This document shows positions 39,932 through 50,795 of a DNA stretch of 64,000 nt, one piece after another. Each line of letters starts with the position of its first letter. Within the stretch, counting starts at the first letter, position 1. The stretch is from a virus (Duplodnaviria; Caudoviricetes). The stretch is taken from positions 1-64,000 of IMG/VR virus record IMGVR_UViG_3300027845_000349; one strand, given 5' to 3'. Made by a program: the position numbers and the translations under genes. Below the pieces are notes generated by a model, which was not told the origin of the DNA, did not search any database, and worked only from the letters and a program-made list of their open reading frames with translations.

Positions 39932-40660
39932 ATGTCTGAAAATAAGAGATATTATTGGTTGCAGCTTAAGAAAGATTTCTTCAAAACAAGAGCTATGAAA
40001 AAGCTAAGATCTATTGCCGGTGGAGATACATACACAATTATTTATCTAAAAATGCAATTATTAAGCCTTGAAAATGGTGGTTTACTTTTCCATGAAGGTG
40101 TTGAAGATGACATGCTAGAAGAGGTTGCATTAGATATTGATGAGAGCATAGATAATGTAAGAATAACATTTAATTTTCTTGAAAAATGCAATCTTATAGA
40201 GCTAAAAGATGATGAAATGTATCTTCCAGAAGTAAATGAGAATGTTGGATCAGAAACAGCCTCAGCTCAACGTGTAAGGCGATTTAGAGCTAGGAGAGAT
40301 GAAAAAGCGTTACCTAGTAACGATGGTGTAACATCCGGTAACGTAGAGTTAGAGAAAGAGTTATATAATAAGAGTAAGAGTAAGAGTTATAAAGAAGTAA
40401 GGCATAAATACGGAGAATACAAAAATTGTTTTTTAACTGATGATCAATATTCCAACTTAATAAAAGAATTTGGAGAAAGTGAATGTTTATCAATGATAAA
40501 GAATTTTGATAATTATGTTGAAAGTACTGGTAAGAAATATAAGAACCATTTACAGACTATGAAGAATTGGAAATCAAAAGATAAAACTAGCAATAAAAAA
40601 GATAAGAAAAGTAATTTTGATAGAGGAGAAGTTAATTTTGAACTCAAAGTCACCGAGTGA
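39932..40660 (+). CDS. Phage replisome organiser / replication initiator
   Basis: KRYYWLQLKKDFF...GGDTYTIIYLKMQLLSL N-terminal motif; followed by a DnaC-like gene. Confidence 0.9.
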   Translation: MSENKRYYWLQLKKDFFKTRAMKKLRSIAGGDTYTIIYLKMQLLSLENGGLLFHEGVEDDMLEEVALDIDESIDNVRITFNFLEKCNLIELKDDEMYLPEVNENVGSETASAQRVRRFRARRDEKALPSNDGVTSGNVELEKELYNKSKSKSYKEVRHKYGEYKNCFLTDDQYSNLIKEFGESECLSMIKNFDNYVESTGKKYKNHLQTMKNWKSKDKTSNKKDKKSNFDRGEVNFELKVTE

Positions 40661-41456
40661 AGACAGAATAAATATTCTTAAAGAACCAGAAAAGGATTAT
40701 GAAGCAGGGAAAGACTCTTTCAAAAAGTGGCATGAAAAACTTAAGAGTAATAGGGAAGTCAAAGAATCTGATATGGCTAATGAACTGGAAGAAAGAGGAG
40801 TTGAAAAACTATTAAAATGCTCTACTTGTGGAAGAGAGGTTTATCAAGATGAAATAGTTCTTCCTGAAAATAGAATTGTATATGATATGTGTTCTGTTTG
40901 CTCAGATAAGAAAGCAGAAATGATCGATAAACAGACAAGAGAATTAAGATCTAATTATTTTGATTCAATTATACCTCCAAGATATTTGTCGGTTGGAGTG
41001 AAAGATTCTTCTAATAGCAAAATATTAAATTCAGACGGATGTATTTTATTTGGCGGATATGGCACTGGCAAGACCTGGAACTCATATTCTGTTGCAAAAA
41101 AACTTTATATTGACGGTACTATAGAGGAATTTAAAATAATAACTGAAATTGGAATGATTAACGAATTAAAATCAGGATTCAACGACCAAACATTTGATTC
41201 TAAGATTTCTAACTTTAAAAGTGTTGATCTTTTGGTTGTAGATGAAATGGGAAAATCTAACGATACCGATTTTAATAAAGCTCAATTATTTGAAATTTTA
41301 AATCATAGATATGACTGGATGAAAAGAACTATTTTAATATGCAATGCAAAAGAGATTTCAGAACTTCATGAAATACTATCTCCAGCCATACTTGATAGAT
41401 TTAGAGAGTGTATAATTGAGATGTCTGGAGAGTCAAAGAGGTATCATAAAACATAA
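40617..41456 (+). CDS. DnaC/IstB-like ATPase helicase loader
   Basis: Walker A GGYGTGKT, Walker B LLVVDEMG, LDRF; CxxC pair upstream. Confidence 0.9.
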   Translation: MIEEKLILNSKSPSEDRINILKEPEKDYEAGKDSFKKWHEKLKSNREVKESDMANELEERGVEKLLKCSTCGREVYQDEIVLPENRIVYDMCSVCSDKKAEMIDKQTRELRSNYFDSIIPPRYLSVGVKDSSNSKILNSDGCILFGGYGTGKTWNSYSVAKKLYIDGTIEEFKIITEIGMINELKSGFNDQTFDSKISNFKSVDLLVVDEMGKSNDTDFNKAQLFEILNHRYDWMKRTILICNAKEISELHEILSPAILDRFRECIIEMSGESKRYHKT

Positions 41457-41467
41457 AGGATAATAGG

Positions 41468-42347
41468 GTGAAAGATATTCCAGAAGTAAATAAAACGTAT
41501 AAATATTTTGATGACGGTAAAATTAGATTGTCTAGAATGGATAATGCTAGAATAAAAGAGGTTATCCCATTCAATGAAATAGACGATGAAACTTTAAAAG
41601 AATGGAAAAAAGAAGTTATTCAATGTGACTGGCTTTATTCTCCTAAAACTGATTTTTTTATCAAGGCATTTTTAGAAAGAAGCGAAGATAATGTTATATT
41701 TGTCAGAACTAAAGATCAATGTTGGTTTAGTTTGGGGTGGTGGGCTGGTGTATTGGACATTGACGGAACTTTGGAAAAGTCAATGTTTTAGGCTGTATAA
41801 GTTTAAGTAACTATAAGAGGGTAGAAGAATGATAATACTGTTAAATATATTAATGATCCTGTTTTTTACGATAGGGTTCTTTTTAATAAGAATGAAAATA
41901 GCTCTGTCTATAAATAATAAATTTGCGATATGGGCCGTTGAAGAGTTGGATAAAAGGATAGGTACTAAAGACATAGATTACCCAGGAAATGTATACCTGC
42001 AATTTAGCCCAGAAGAATTTATTTTTAGGAAAATAAATTGTTGGGATTTTAAATCAGTCCTGGAATATTGTAAACAAAAAAAAATACTTATGGAGGTTTA
42101 AATGATCCGAGCAAAAGAAGCAGCAAATAAAATAGGATGTACAGTAACAACACTATACAGATACGCCAAACTATACAATTTAGGAAAAACTGCAGGAAAC
42201 TGTAATAACGGTCTTGTTAAATTGCAATTTGATAAAGAGGACATAGTTTTTATTAAGAATATGATGAAAGATCCATCTTTTAAGAAAATTAAACAATGTT
42301 CCTATTACAACGATGTAACCGGTAGTTACCATAGTTTAACGATGTAG
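41468..42347 (+). other. Small hypothetical CDSs (41468-41791, 41829-42101 membrane, 42102-42347 HTH-like)
   Basis: ORF track; the last has AKEAANKIGCTVTTLYRY (HTH-like). Confidence 0.55.
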
Positions 42348-42700
42348 GATGAAAGATGAATAATAAACTATACTCCATGGAAGAGATATTAAGAGCTCTG
42401 GATGTTTCCGGTATAAAATTGGTATCAACCAGGAAGAAATTCTTTGATGCTCTTATCTCTGAAGAAAAAAAGATAACAGAAGAAGAGCAGCAGATTATAA
42501 GATGTTTAAGTGATGGATATTGATAACTAAAAAGGGGGGAATATGAAATATGATAGGTTCCACGTAGGGATAATTTGTGGTGCTTGCTATTCCTGGTCAA
42601 TAAGTTTTATTAGAAATTCAGATTGGAGAGGTGCAGTATTTATGGTAGTAGGAACAATACTTCTTGTTTTAGGAACAAGAAACATGCATGAAGAAAATGA

Positions 42701-43012
42701 ATGATAAAAATATATATAAGTGGTGGAATGTCTGGAATTCCAAACCTTAACAGAGAATCTTTCAAAACAGCATACTTAAAATTAATTGAACCAGATGTAA
42801 AAGTAATCAATCCGCATGATATAGGAGATTTCCTACATATCCCTGAGTGGATGCCGTCAAAAATATCATGGTGGATGTACATAATTGTCGATGTGCTGGC
42901 ACTTCTCACCTGTAATGAGGTTTATATGCTGAGAGGGTGGGAAAGCTCAAAGGGAGCCAATGCCGAGCTTAAAGTGGCAAAATTTCTGAAGTATAAAGTA
43001 ATATTTGAATAA
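42701..43012 (+). CDS. DUF4406 / nucleoside 2-deoxyribosyltransferase-like protein
   Basis: KIYISGGMSG, INPHD, MLRGWESSKGANAE. Confidence 0.85.
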   Translation: MIKIYISGGMSGIPNLNRESFKTAYLKLIEPDVKVINPHDIGDFLHIPEWMPSKISWWMYIIVDVLALLTCNEVYMLRGWESSKGANAELKVAKFLKYKVIFE

Positions 43013-43024
43013 TTAAAAATATTC

Positions 43025-43053
43025 TTGATTTATAATATTTATTGCATTATATT
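43025..43053 (+). promoter_or_regulatory. sigma70-like promoter TTGATT-N17-TATATT
   Basis: Hexamers at 43025-43030 and 43048-43053, before a structured leader. Confidence 0.6.
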
Positions 43054-43059
43054 TATTAT

Positions 43060-43204
43060 ATCAGATTGGATCCTGATCAGAACTAACAATAATCTTTACT
43101 GATTATGAGACTTGTAATAGTTTTTTGAGAAGTAATACGACATCCTTTTGTTAGTAGGTAGTATTGCTTGATCCAACTCGGAAACTATTACTGGTCTTTT
43201 TTTT
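43060..43204 (+). ncRNA. Structured leader with CI/C4-antisense-like architecture ending in a terminator-like stem
   Basis: Stem 43107-43123/43182-43198 followed by a T8 run; TTGTTAGT and GATCCAA are complementary to upstream ACTAACAA and TTGGATC. Confidence 0.6.
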
Positions 43205-43220
43205 ATTTCTGGGAGGGAAT

Positions 43221-43868
43221 ATGACAATTAAAGAATTATCAATATTCACTGGAAAAACAGTAAGAACTATAAGAACATGGATTTCTAAGTGTGATTCTAT
43301 ACCCTATGACAAAACTTCACAGGGTAGTGAAGAAACTTCACAGGGTATTCCAATAGATTATTCTATCGATGAAGTTGAGTCTATCCTTAACTCAGGTTCA
43401 ATGTCAAAAGATGCCGTTAAAATACTAATGGAAAATGCTAGGAATAAAAATATTCCTGTTGTCCCAGAAGGTGTAAACAGCAATACTGCTATGGTTTTAA
43501 TGTTTATGGAAAAGTTGCAAGAACAAAACCAGCAATTTATTAATACGATGTTTGAAAGATTTATAGGTGATTATAAATCAGAAATAAAACCAATAAGAGA
43601 AATAGAGTATGTTCCTGAACCTTCTCCCAGAAGAATATTTGTTAATAAGGTAGCTCAATACGCTGGTGTATCAAAAAAGAACTATTCCAATGCGTATAAG
43701 TCTGTTTATGATGAAATAGGAATGTGTTTAGGTATTAGAGTTTCTGCAAGAGCCAAAACTAGAAAAGTGAAAGGAATTGATGTTCTGGAGCAAGACGGGT
43801 ATCTCCTCAAATCCATTGTTGTGATTGACCGTATGATAACTTCAGAAAGAGGTATAAGAAATGAATGA
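43221..43868 (+). CDS. Antirepressor-like protein (N-terminal HTH, C-terminal ORF6C-like domain)
   Basis: MTIKELSIFTGKTVRTIRTW HTH; C-terminal YSNAYKSVYDEIGMCLGIRV..IDVLEQDG; SD GGGAGG before ATG 43221. Confidence 0.6.
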   Translation: MTIKELSIFTGKTVRTIRTWISKCDSIPYDKTSQGSEETSQGIPIDYSIDEVESILNSGSMSKDAVKILMENARNKNIPVVPEGVNSNTAMVLMFMEKLQEQNQQFINTMFERFIGDYKSEIKPIREIEYVPEPSPRRIFVNKVAQYAGVSKKNYSNAYKSVYDEIGMCLGIRVSARAKTRKVKGIDVLEQDGYLLKSIVVIDRMITSERGIRNE

Positions 43869-44262
43869 TATAGATATTAAATTTATTAAATGGATGCTTG
43901 GTAAAGATTCTCTTAATAGATGGAAGATATTCGAGAATGAATCTAAACAGACACATGGCCTTATGTACATACCAAAAGAAGAAGAGACCATGTATTCTTC
44001 TGAGTTTTACAAGAATGGATCTGGATTCAAATATGGGATAACTGTTTATCATATTCTTCTCCAGAGAGCTATGGATGGCATAAATAAAGAATCATACTTT
44101 GGTTCTAGCCAAATAGAAATTGTTTCTCATAGATGGGGAATCAAAATAAAAGATTATAGTACCGACAATCATGATAAAAAACATTTTAGATTTGAAAGTT
44201 ATGAAAATTACAAAGAATCAGCACTTAAATATATCTATGAACAGGAGACAAAAGATTCTTAA
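43861..44262 (+). CDS. Hypothetical protein
   Basis: 133-aa ORF overlapping the previous stop. Confidence 0.55.
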   Translation: MNDIDIKFIKWMLGKDSLNRWKIFENESKQTHGLMYIPKEEETMYSSEFYKNGSGFKYGITVYHILLQRAMDGINKESYFGSSQIEIVSHRWGIKIKDYSTDNHDKKHFRFESYENYKESALKYIYEQETKDS

Positions 44263-44280
44263 TTCAATAAGGGGGAATTT

Positions 44281-44367
44281 ATGAAATATTTTATATTTAC
44301 AGCAATAATAATTATACTTATGTTTTTATTTAATTTATTGTCAAAAGATGTAAACAAAGATGAATAG
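44281..44367 (+). CDS. Small hydrophobic peptide (28 aa)
   Basis: MKYFIFTAIIIILMFLFNLLSKDVNKDE; SD GGGGG. Confidence 0.5.
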   Translation: MKYFIFTAIIIILMFLFNLLSKDVNKDE

Positions 44368-44376
44368 TGAAAAATC

Positions 44377-44475
44377 GGGGATATGGCAGAATGGAGCCTT
44401 TCGAGGCGAATGCACAATTAGTCAATAATTGATCCATGGTGACACATGGTGGAGGAACAATACCTTCTATCTCCA
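44377..44475 (+). tRNA. Atypical tRNA-like RNA (central UCA triplet, D-loop hairpin insertion, non-canonical T-loop)
   Basis: Acceptor GGGGATA/TATCTCC, D-stem GCA/TGC, anticodon stem CAATT/AATTG, V-arm CCATG/CATGG, T-stem GGAGG/CCTTC. Confidence 0.6.
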
Positions 44476-44563
44476 ATAGCCCTTGTGGGTGAATAATTTT
44501 TTTTTAGTTTTTTCATTACATCTGAATTATTTAACAGATGGGTGATAGAACTCTTATGCTTTT

Positions 44564-44602
44564 AGCCGGGAATAGAAGAGGCCTTTGGTTCTCGGCTTTT
44601 TT
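44564..44602 (+). terminator. Intrinsic terminator
   Basis: AGCCGGGA...TCTCGGCT followed by a T-run. Confidence 0.65.
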
Positions 44603-44614
44603 ATCGGGGGATAA

Positions 44615-45695
44615 ATGGAATGTAGTAAATGTGAGAATATGAAAGATACCTGCTCTGTAGAGAATCTTTATGCTATAGGATATCTAAAAGCATGCCCTAA
44701 TATAAAAGAGCCAGTACTGAACGAATATGGATGGCTGCTTAATCCTATGAGTGAGAAATACCAATTATCTAATGGCCATATCTTTTTAATTCCTGAAGAA
44801 ATAAACCAAAAATGGATCATGACTTGGATGATTACTAAAAACGGATCCGGAAGTTGTGGAAAAACAAAACCAGATTTATATATTTTCTCATATAAAAAAG
44901 CAATTGAAGAAATTTTAAAGCACTACAGATTAAACGAATTAGACATAACCGAAATAAAATATATTTTTGAAAATAAGTTTGATAGTAGAAGAATTTTCAT
45001 GGAAAAAGAAATAGATGAAGTTGAAGAAAAACCCGAAGAAATATATGTAAGTCCTTTTGAACATATAGAGTATGGAAATATTGGCGATCAGTTAGATTTA
45101 TTCTAAATAAGTTAATAAAGTAATAAAAATAACTATTGATCAAAAGATTAAATGGCTATATTATTGATAATAACAATAATTATAGGAGAACTAAAATGTT
45201 CACACAAGTTAAATGTACAGGAGAGGTAGAGAAGCTTCTGAAAGAGCATAAAGAAAAACACTTTTCTCATCTTAAATCATGGGCTGCGTATTTTATAGAA
45301 ATGTCCAGACAAAGAGCTGAAGAAGATAATAAGGGGGGAGGTAAATGAAGAAATTAAGTCTAATAGTTATTTTTGTAGTTGCTATGTTATCAAATATAAG
45401 TGCATCAGAAATATCAGAATTAAATTATGATTTTTGGGGGAATATTATATATAAGGCACAATTAGGATATGTAATAGGTTTTATAGCTTCTGCAGAGACT
45501 CATTATGAATGGTTATTAGAAAAAGATTATAATATCCCAAAAGAGGATTATATTGAAATATTTGATTATCCTGTATTAGCTGGTGAACTTTCTGATGCGA
45601 TAGATCGTTATTACATAAACAATCCAGACAAGAGAAGTGATCCAGTTAATTACGTTATTTTATGGATAATGCAAAAAGATTACTGGAATAAATAA
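44615..45695 (+). other. Hypothetical CDSs (44615-45106, ~45136-45348, 45345-45695 with signal peptide)
   Basis: ORF track. Confidence 0.55.
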
Positions 45696-45705
45696 GGGGG
45701 AATAA

Positions 45706-46470
45706 ATGAATCAAGATCAATTAAAACTAAAATTAGATGAGTATACAGATCATAAAGAATTTTCTGTAATATTTTCAGGGAAGCATTCAAAAAAAGTAGA
45801 TGGACTATATCATCCGGAAAAACAGGAAATTATAATACATAATAAAAATTTCACTACTGATGATCAAATGATGTATACAGCTCTTCATGAATTGTCTCAT
45901 CATATCGATTTTACAGATAATCGGGGAAAGACTACTCGGAATGCTCACGGGGGGGAATTCCGGTCAATATTTCACTCTCTTTTAGAAAAAGCAGTAGAGA
46001 ACGGAGATTATAAAGAGTTTTCGGATCCTTTTCTTGATGAAGTAGTTCAAATAAATAAAGATCACACAGTTTTCCTTAAGAAATTCGGGAAAGCTTTAAT
46101 TGCTCTTCTGGATAAATGCCAGCAGGAACACTACTCTTTTGAAGATGTAGTTGAAAGGAAATTGTCATTAAAACCAGGTTGGGCAAAAGATATCATGAGA
46201 GTATACGTTATGGATGTATCAGAAGAAGTGGGCGGTGAATTTTCCAAAAAGGTAGCGAAAATAAAAGATCCTACCCAGAGAGCAGAAGCTGAAAAAATGG
46301 GAGAAATACCGGTAAAGACAAAACCTATTTCAGGCCCTGAAGATGAAAGAGCAGAAGCTGAAAAGAATCTCAGAAGAATTGAGAAGCAAATCGAAAAACT
46401 AGAACAGAAAAGAGCAATCTATGAAGAGCAGATCCAGGGATATGAAGATTCAGAGGCTTTAAATGGCTGA
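45706..46470 (+). CDS. SprT-like zinc metalloprotease domain protein
   Basis: ALHELSHH (HExxH) followed by AHGGEF. Confidence 0.75.
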   Translation: MNQDQLKLKLDEYTDHKEFSVIFSGKHSKKVDGLYHPEKQEIIIHNKNFTTDDQMMYTALHELSHHIDFTDNRGKTTRNAHGGEFRSIFHSLLEKAVENGDYKEFSDPFLDEVVQINKDHTVFLKKFGKALIALLDKCQQEHYSFEDVVERKLSLKPGWAKDIMRVYVMDVSEEVGGEFSKKVAKIKDPTQRAEAEKMGEIPVKTKPISGPEDERAEAEKNLRRIEKQIEKLEQKRAIYEEQIQGYEDSEALNG

Positions 46471-48819
46471 ATGGAAAGAATTAAAGATAGATAATTTACC
46501 ACCCGATATATTAACAGGGGGCTATGAATTTATGCGTAAGTATAATCATAAAGATACATGGAGCGCATACTGGCCTTGTGATTTATCAATAATAGAAATA
46601 TTTAAAATATTATATAACGAAAATTCTAACATAGGTTTTAAATACCGAAAACTAGAACCAAAAGTATCAACACATGAAGAGATAATGAAGCCAAATAGAT
46701 ATTGGAGAGGACTAGATGAAGAATTTCAAATGGTATGGGAGAAAGCAGATATGTATAGGGAAAATGACAATAAATACTTAATTCATGATGATTGGAGAGA
46801 TAGAGCCTATTTTTCTGGTCGAAGATTCAAAGATGGTATACCACCGGAGGAAAAATGAAAGACTTAAAATATTATGAAGAAAAGAATAGAAAACTTCTCG
46901 AAGAAAATATAAAACTAGATCTTAAATTAAAACCAGTTAAAATAACAGTAGATTGTACAATATACAAAGAAGAAGATTTAGAAAAATCATTTGTTAAATA
47001 TACTCTTAGAAAAACATGGAGAAGAGCTGCACGTGTAGAATTTGAGAAAGCAAAAGTTCCAACACATAGATTTTTAAAATGTTCTCCAGGTGCAAAACTT
47101 AACGGAATTAAACTCGATGATGGAATAATAATACCTATATTTGCACCTGAAGTCCTTGATGATAGTGAATTAACTTCAAATATGATGCGAGAAGGGCTCA
47201 TTTTGTCATTACAGAATAAATATGACACTTATTATCATAAACTCTTATTATCGTTTGATCTTAGCGATTTACCAGAACAAATCCAGGATAAAATAAAAGA
47301 ATGGGGTATTAATCATGGGCAATGAAAAAGATAAGGGCAAAGATGCTTGTCTGCATATAACGGAATTACCTGTAGGAGATCTTATTATTGTTAAAAATAA
47401 TATAAATTGGAAATATTCTCCAAAAGAAGACATAACTCCATTAGAAGTTGCACTAATGTTTCCGATGTTTATGAGCTACCATACAACCGGTTATTTAACT
47501 CAGTATGATTATTTAGGATATATCATAGAAAATAATCTAGAAAGACATTTTTGTAAGGATACAAATAATGAAAACAATATGTGATAGTTGTAAAAATAAA
47601 TCAACTTGCAACGCTGCTAAAAATATTGATCCTGGGCATGTGAGCTGTTCTGGATGGACTCCATACGAATATACAAATGCTAACGATACAGGAGCTAACA
47701 AATGACAGATCTTGATAATTTTATAGAGATCTATAAATCTTTAGATATTGAACTAAAAGTGTTTGAGACAAATGAAGGTAAAGCATTTAAAATAGGAGAA
47801 GGATCATATCAAGAGCAAGATATTACTATAAGTAGTAAATTTGGAGGGTATGGGGGTTTTTATTCTATCGTTAGATTCAGTAGATCAGGTGAATTTTTAG
47901 GACAAGATTTTTTTGAGTAAGGAGATTGATATGAGTGATAAGAAAAGAGAGCCTTTAAGTGGAACGTATGAAACTTCTACATTCAGAGAAATGATATTCT
48001 TTGAGTCACAAGTCAGAGAACTAGAAGCATACACAACACAACTTGAAGAAAAGCTGAAGATATATGAGAACGCATTAAAAGACATTAGAGATAATTATGA
48101 TTGTGATGAGGATGCACATAAATACAATACTACATGTCGTTGCTGTTTAGCAGACGAAGCACTAAAAGAAATCAATGGTAACAGTAATGAAAAAACATAA
48201 AGACAAGCGTAATCCTAATAAAACATCAATCAAGTTTTATACATGGCATTCAGACGGTACTAAAACATTAGTTCTTGAAATACCAAATAAAATATACCGG
48301 TCTAAATATTCAGATAGCAGAATGGAGGGTTATAGATGAAGTGTCCTAAGTGTGGAAGTACCACTATAGATTATGTTGCTTGTGGTTGTTATTGCATAAT
48401 TTGTGATTACAATACAGGCAAACAGCCAGAAGAGAAAGACTGTTATACATGTATCAATTTTAATAAATGTGCTCCAGATCCAAAATTACAACTAAGAATA
48501 GAATGTTGTGGAAATGATAGTTATTGTAACTACATAACCAAAAATGGAGAATCATGATGAAAGATAAACAATGAATGATAAGAAATGTGAAACGTGTTAT
48601 TACGATACAGATAGAATACTCTCGGATTGTTCAAACAACCCAATCGATAGACAAGAAATAGCATGTGATCAATGTGGAGATGAATTGTCTCATTACAGAG
48701 AATTAACAGGCATAGAACCACAAGAGAAGACGGGATTAGATGAACTAAGAAACTTATGTACTATTTACGATAGCATTTCAAGCACTACTATTTTGAAATT
48801 GCTAAAGGAACAGGAGTAA
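46463..48819 (+). other. Run of small hypothetical CDSs (46463-46858, 46855-47325, 47315-47584, 47702-47920, 47913-48200, 48336-48557, 48571-48819), several Cys-rich
   Basis: ORF track; overlapping start/stop codons. Confidence 0.55.
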
Positions 48820-48823
48820 ATGA

Positions 48824-49252
48824 ATGAATGATAAATTGAGAGAATGTCCTATATGTGGCAATAAAGAATTGATAATCAAGGATTATGGCCCACAAGACAA
48901 CGAAGTGTATAAATATTTCAGTAGAAGATATTCTATACTCTGTGTTTATACAGGCAATGGGGTAGGATGTGGCCTTGAATCAGGACATTACAAAACACCT
49001 GAAGAAGCTATCGATATCTGGAAGACTAGACACCAACCCAACCATGAAACAGTACAAGAGAAGAAAATAAAAGTAAAAAAGGGAGATAAGGTTATTGATG
49101 AATTCGGGAATATTGGAATTGTTAAAAAAGCAAAGGATATACACAATATACTTGTTAAACGAATTGGAGGGGGAAAGGGTTTTTATTGTTTAGATGAGGA
49201 TTGTTATATGTTTAGGGATTTGAATATTTTCGAAGATGAGCAAAACAAATGA
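48824..49252 (+). CDS. Lar-like (restriction alleviation) zinc-ribbon protein with C-terminal KOW-like domain
   Basis: KLRECPICG...GCG...AIDIWKTR followed by VKKGDKVID. Confidence 0.6.
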   Translation: MNDKLRECPICGNKELIIKDYGPQDNEVYKYFSRRYSILCVYTGNGVGCGLESGHYKTPEEAIDIWKTRHQPNHETVQEKKIKVKKGDKVIDEFGNIGIVKKAKDIHNILVKRIGGGKGFYCLDEDCYMFRDLNIFEDEQNK

Positions 49253-50299
49253 CAGAAGATAGAATAAATGAATTGGTACCTGATGTTAAATGTGTAGGTA
49301 GAAGTGGCTCAGGAATGGGATTGTACTATCATAATAAAGTTAAAAAACAAACAGAGGATTTAAGAAAAGCTGTTGATATAATTAAAAGTTTACTTGAAGA
49401 TGCTGAATACCTATATCAGTACTACCCTAATAATTATAGGAAGAAGGCAGAAGGATATTTTAATGAAGCTTATAGTTTTATTAAAGAAATAACGGAGAGT
49501 AGAGAATGAGAGAATATACAGAAAATGAATTAGAAATAATTGAAAATAAATTTATGGATCTAATTGATAATGAATTAAAAGATATTATTAATAAAGAAGA
49601 TCTTATTTGCATGCTTATAGATTCTTTAGAATTGAGGAGTAGAGAATGAAGAAGATAGAAAGGTTTATATCATATAGCGGACAACCTGAAAGAACAATTG
49701 TAAACAAAAAAGAATTAGATGAGTTAGAATCCAAACTAGATATAGCTATAGGCATCAATGAACTTTCTTTCAAAGCAGTAGATTATAGGAAAAGACATCA
49801 GCATAAATTGATATATGAAGAAATTGAAATTCTTAAAGCACTCTCTCAACTAAAAGAAATCAATGGAGGGGATGATGATAATTAAAGAACAAGACATAAA
49901 AGAATTTGCGGAGCAATGTAATTATGATAGAACTAAAACAGTTAAACATATAGCAAAAAAATGGGGTTATTCTTGGGCTGCTGCAGGTAAATATTTTACA
50001 AAGAATTTTGTATTGAAATATTCAGAAATAACGGAGAGTAGAGAATGAAGAAGATAGAAGAGTTTGAAAAAGAAACAACAATCCCAGAAGATTACGATCC
50101 AGATGGAGATAGAGAAACAGGATATTATTCAAGAGCTTATATTAGAAAATATGCAGAATGGATAGAAAACAAACTAGATATAGCTGTAGAGGGGGTTGAG
50201 GATGCTTTAAATCAACTATGGATACTAGATCAAGAGAATACAATAAAATATAAAAAGCTTAAAAAAATACTCTCTCAGCTCAAAGACAAAACTAAATAA
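49249..50299 (+). other. Small hypothetical CDSs (49249-49509, 49646-49885, 49863-50048, 50045-50299); 49646 and 50045 are paralogous
   Basis: Both read MKKIE...KLDIA...LSQLK and share DNA segments. Confidence 0.55.
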
Positions 50300-50318
50300 A
50301 AAAAGAAGGATCTTTTAC

Positions 50319-50347
50319 TTGACCATTACGCTAAATGCGTATATATT
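50319..50347 (+). promoter_or_regulatory. Promoter TTGACC-N17-TATATT with palindrome ACGC-N5-GCGT in the spacer
   Basis: Read directly from the sequence. Confidence 0.6.
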
Positions 50348-50378
50348 TAAAGTAGATCAAGAGTAAAGAGGTATTGAG

Positions 50379-50597
50379 ATGGAAATAGTAAAAATGAAAA
50401 ACAATGTAAACATTGGAGGTCTTAGCTATTACAAAAATACTATTGTGATAATCGCTGACAATGAAATTATGATTCTTAACGACGATTCGGCAATATCGTC
50501 AAAAAGGTTATCTATTGATTGTTTGAAGACTAAAAAAGATGTTCCAGCTAAACGGATAATACGAGAAAATTCAAATCCGTTTGTATTTTGTAGATAA
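50379..50597 (+). CDS. Hypothetical protein
   Basis: 72-aa ORF after the promoter. Confidence 0.5.
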   Translation: MEIVKMKNNVNIGGLSYYKNTIVIIADNEIMILNDDSAISSKRLSIDCLKTKKDVPAKRIIRENSNPFVFCR

Positions 50598-50630
50598 TAA
50601 ACAGCCTCTTCGGAGGCTATAGGAGCAAAT

Positions 50631-50795
50631 ATGACACCGGAACAAATAAAACATCTTCGTGGAGATATGACAACTAAAGAGTTTGCAGAAATATTCATGG
50701 TTTCTCATCGTACTGTTGAAGGATGGGAACAGGGAAGATCTATAAGAGCTCCTGTAAAAAAGAGACTAGAACAGATGTGGGAAGAAAAGGAATAA
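50631..50795 (+). CDS. XRE-family HTH protein (54 aa)
   Basis: MTPEQIKHLRGDMTTKEFAEIFMVSHRTVEGWEQGRS; SD AGGAG; not in the ORF track. Confidence 0.8.
   Translation: MTPEQIKHLRGDMTTKEFAEIFMVSHRTVEGWEQGRSIRAPVKKRLEQMWEEKE

Noticed and set aside
44377-44475. Genome-wide UGA recoding or a true tRNA-Sec
   Set aside because: Genes are intact in code 11 and many end in TGA with ATGA overlaps. The RNA has a 7-bp acceptor stem and lacks tRNA-Sec features.
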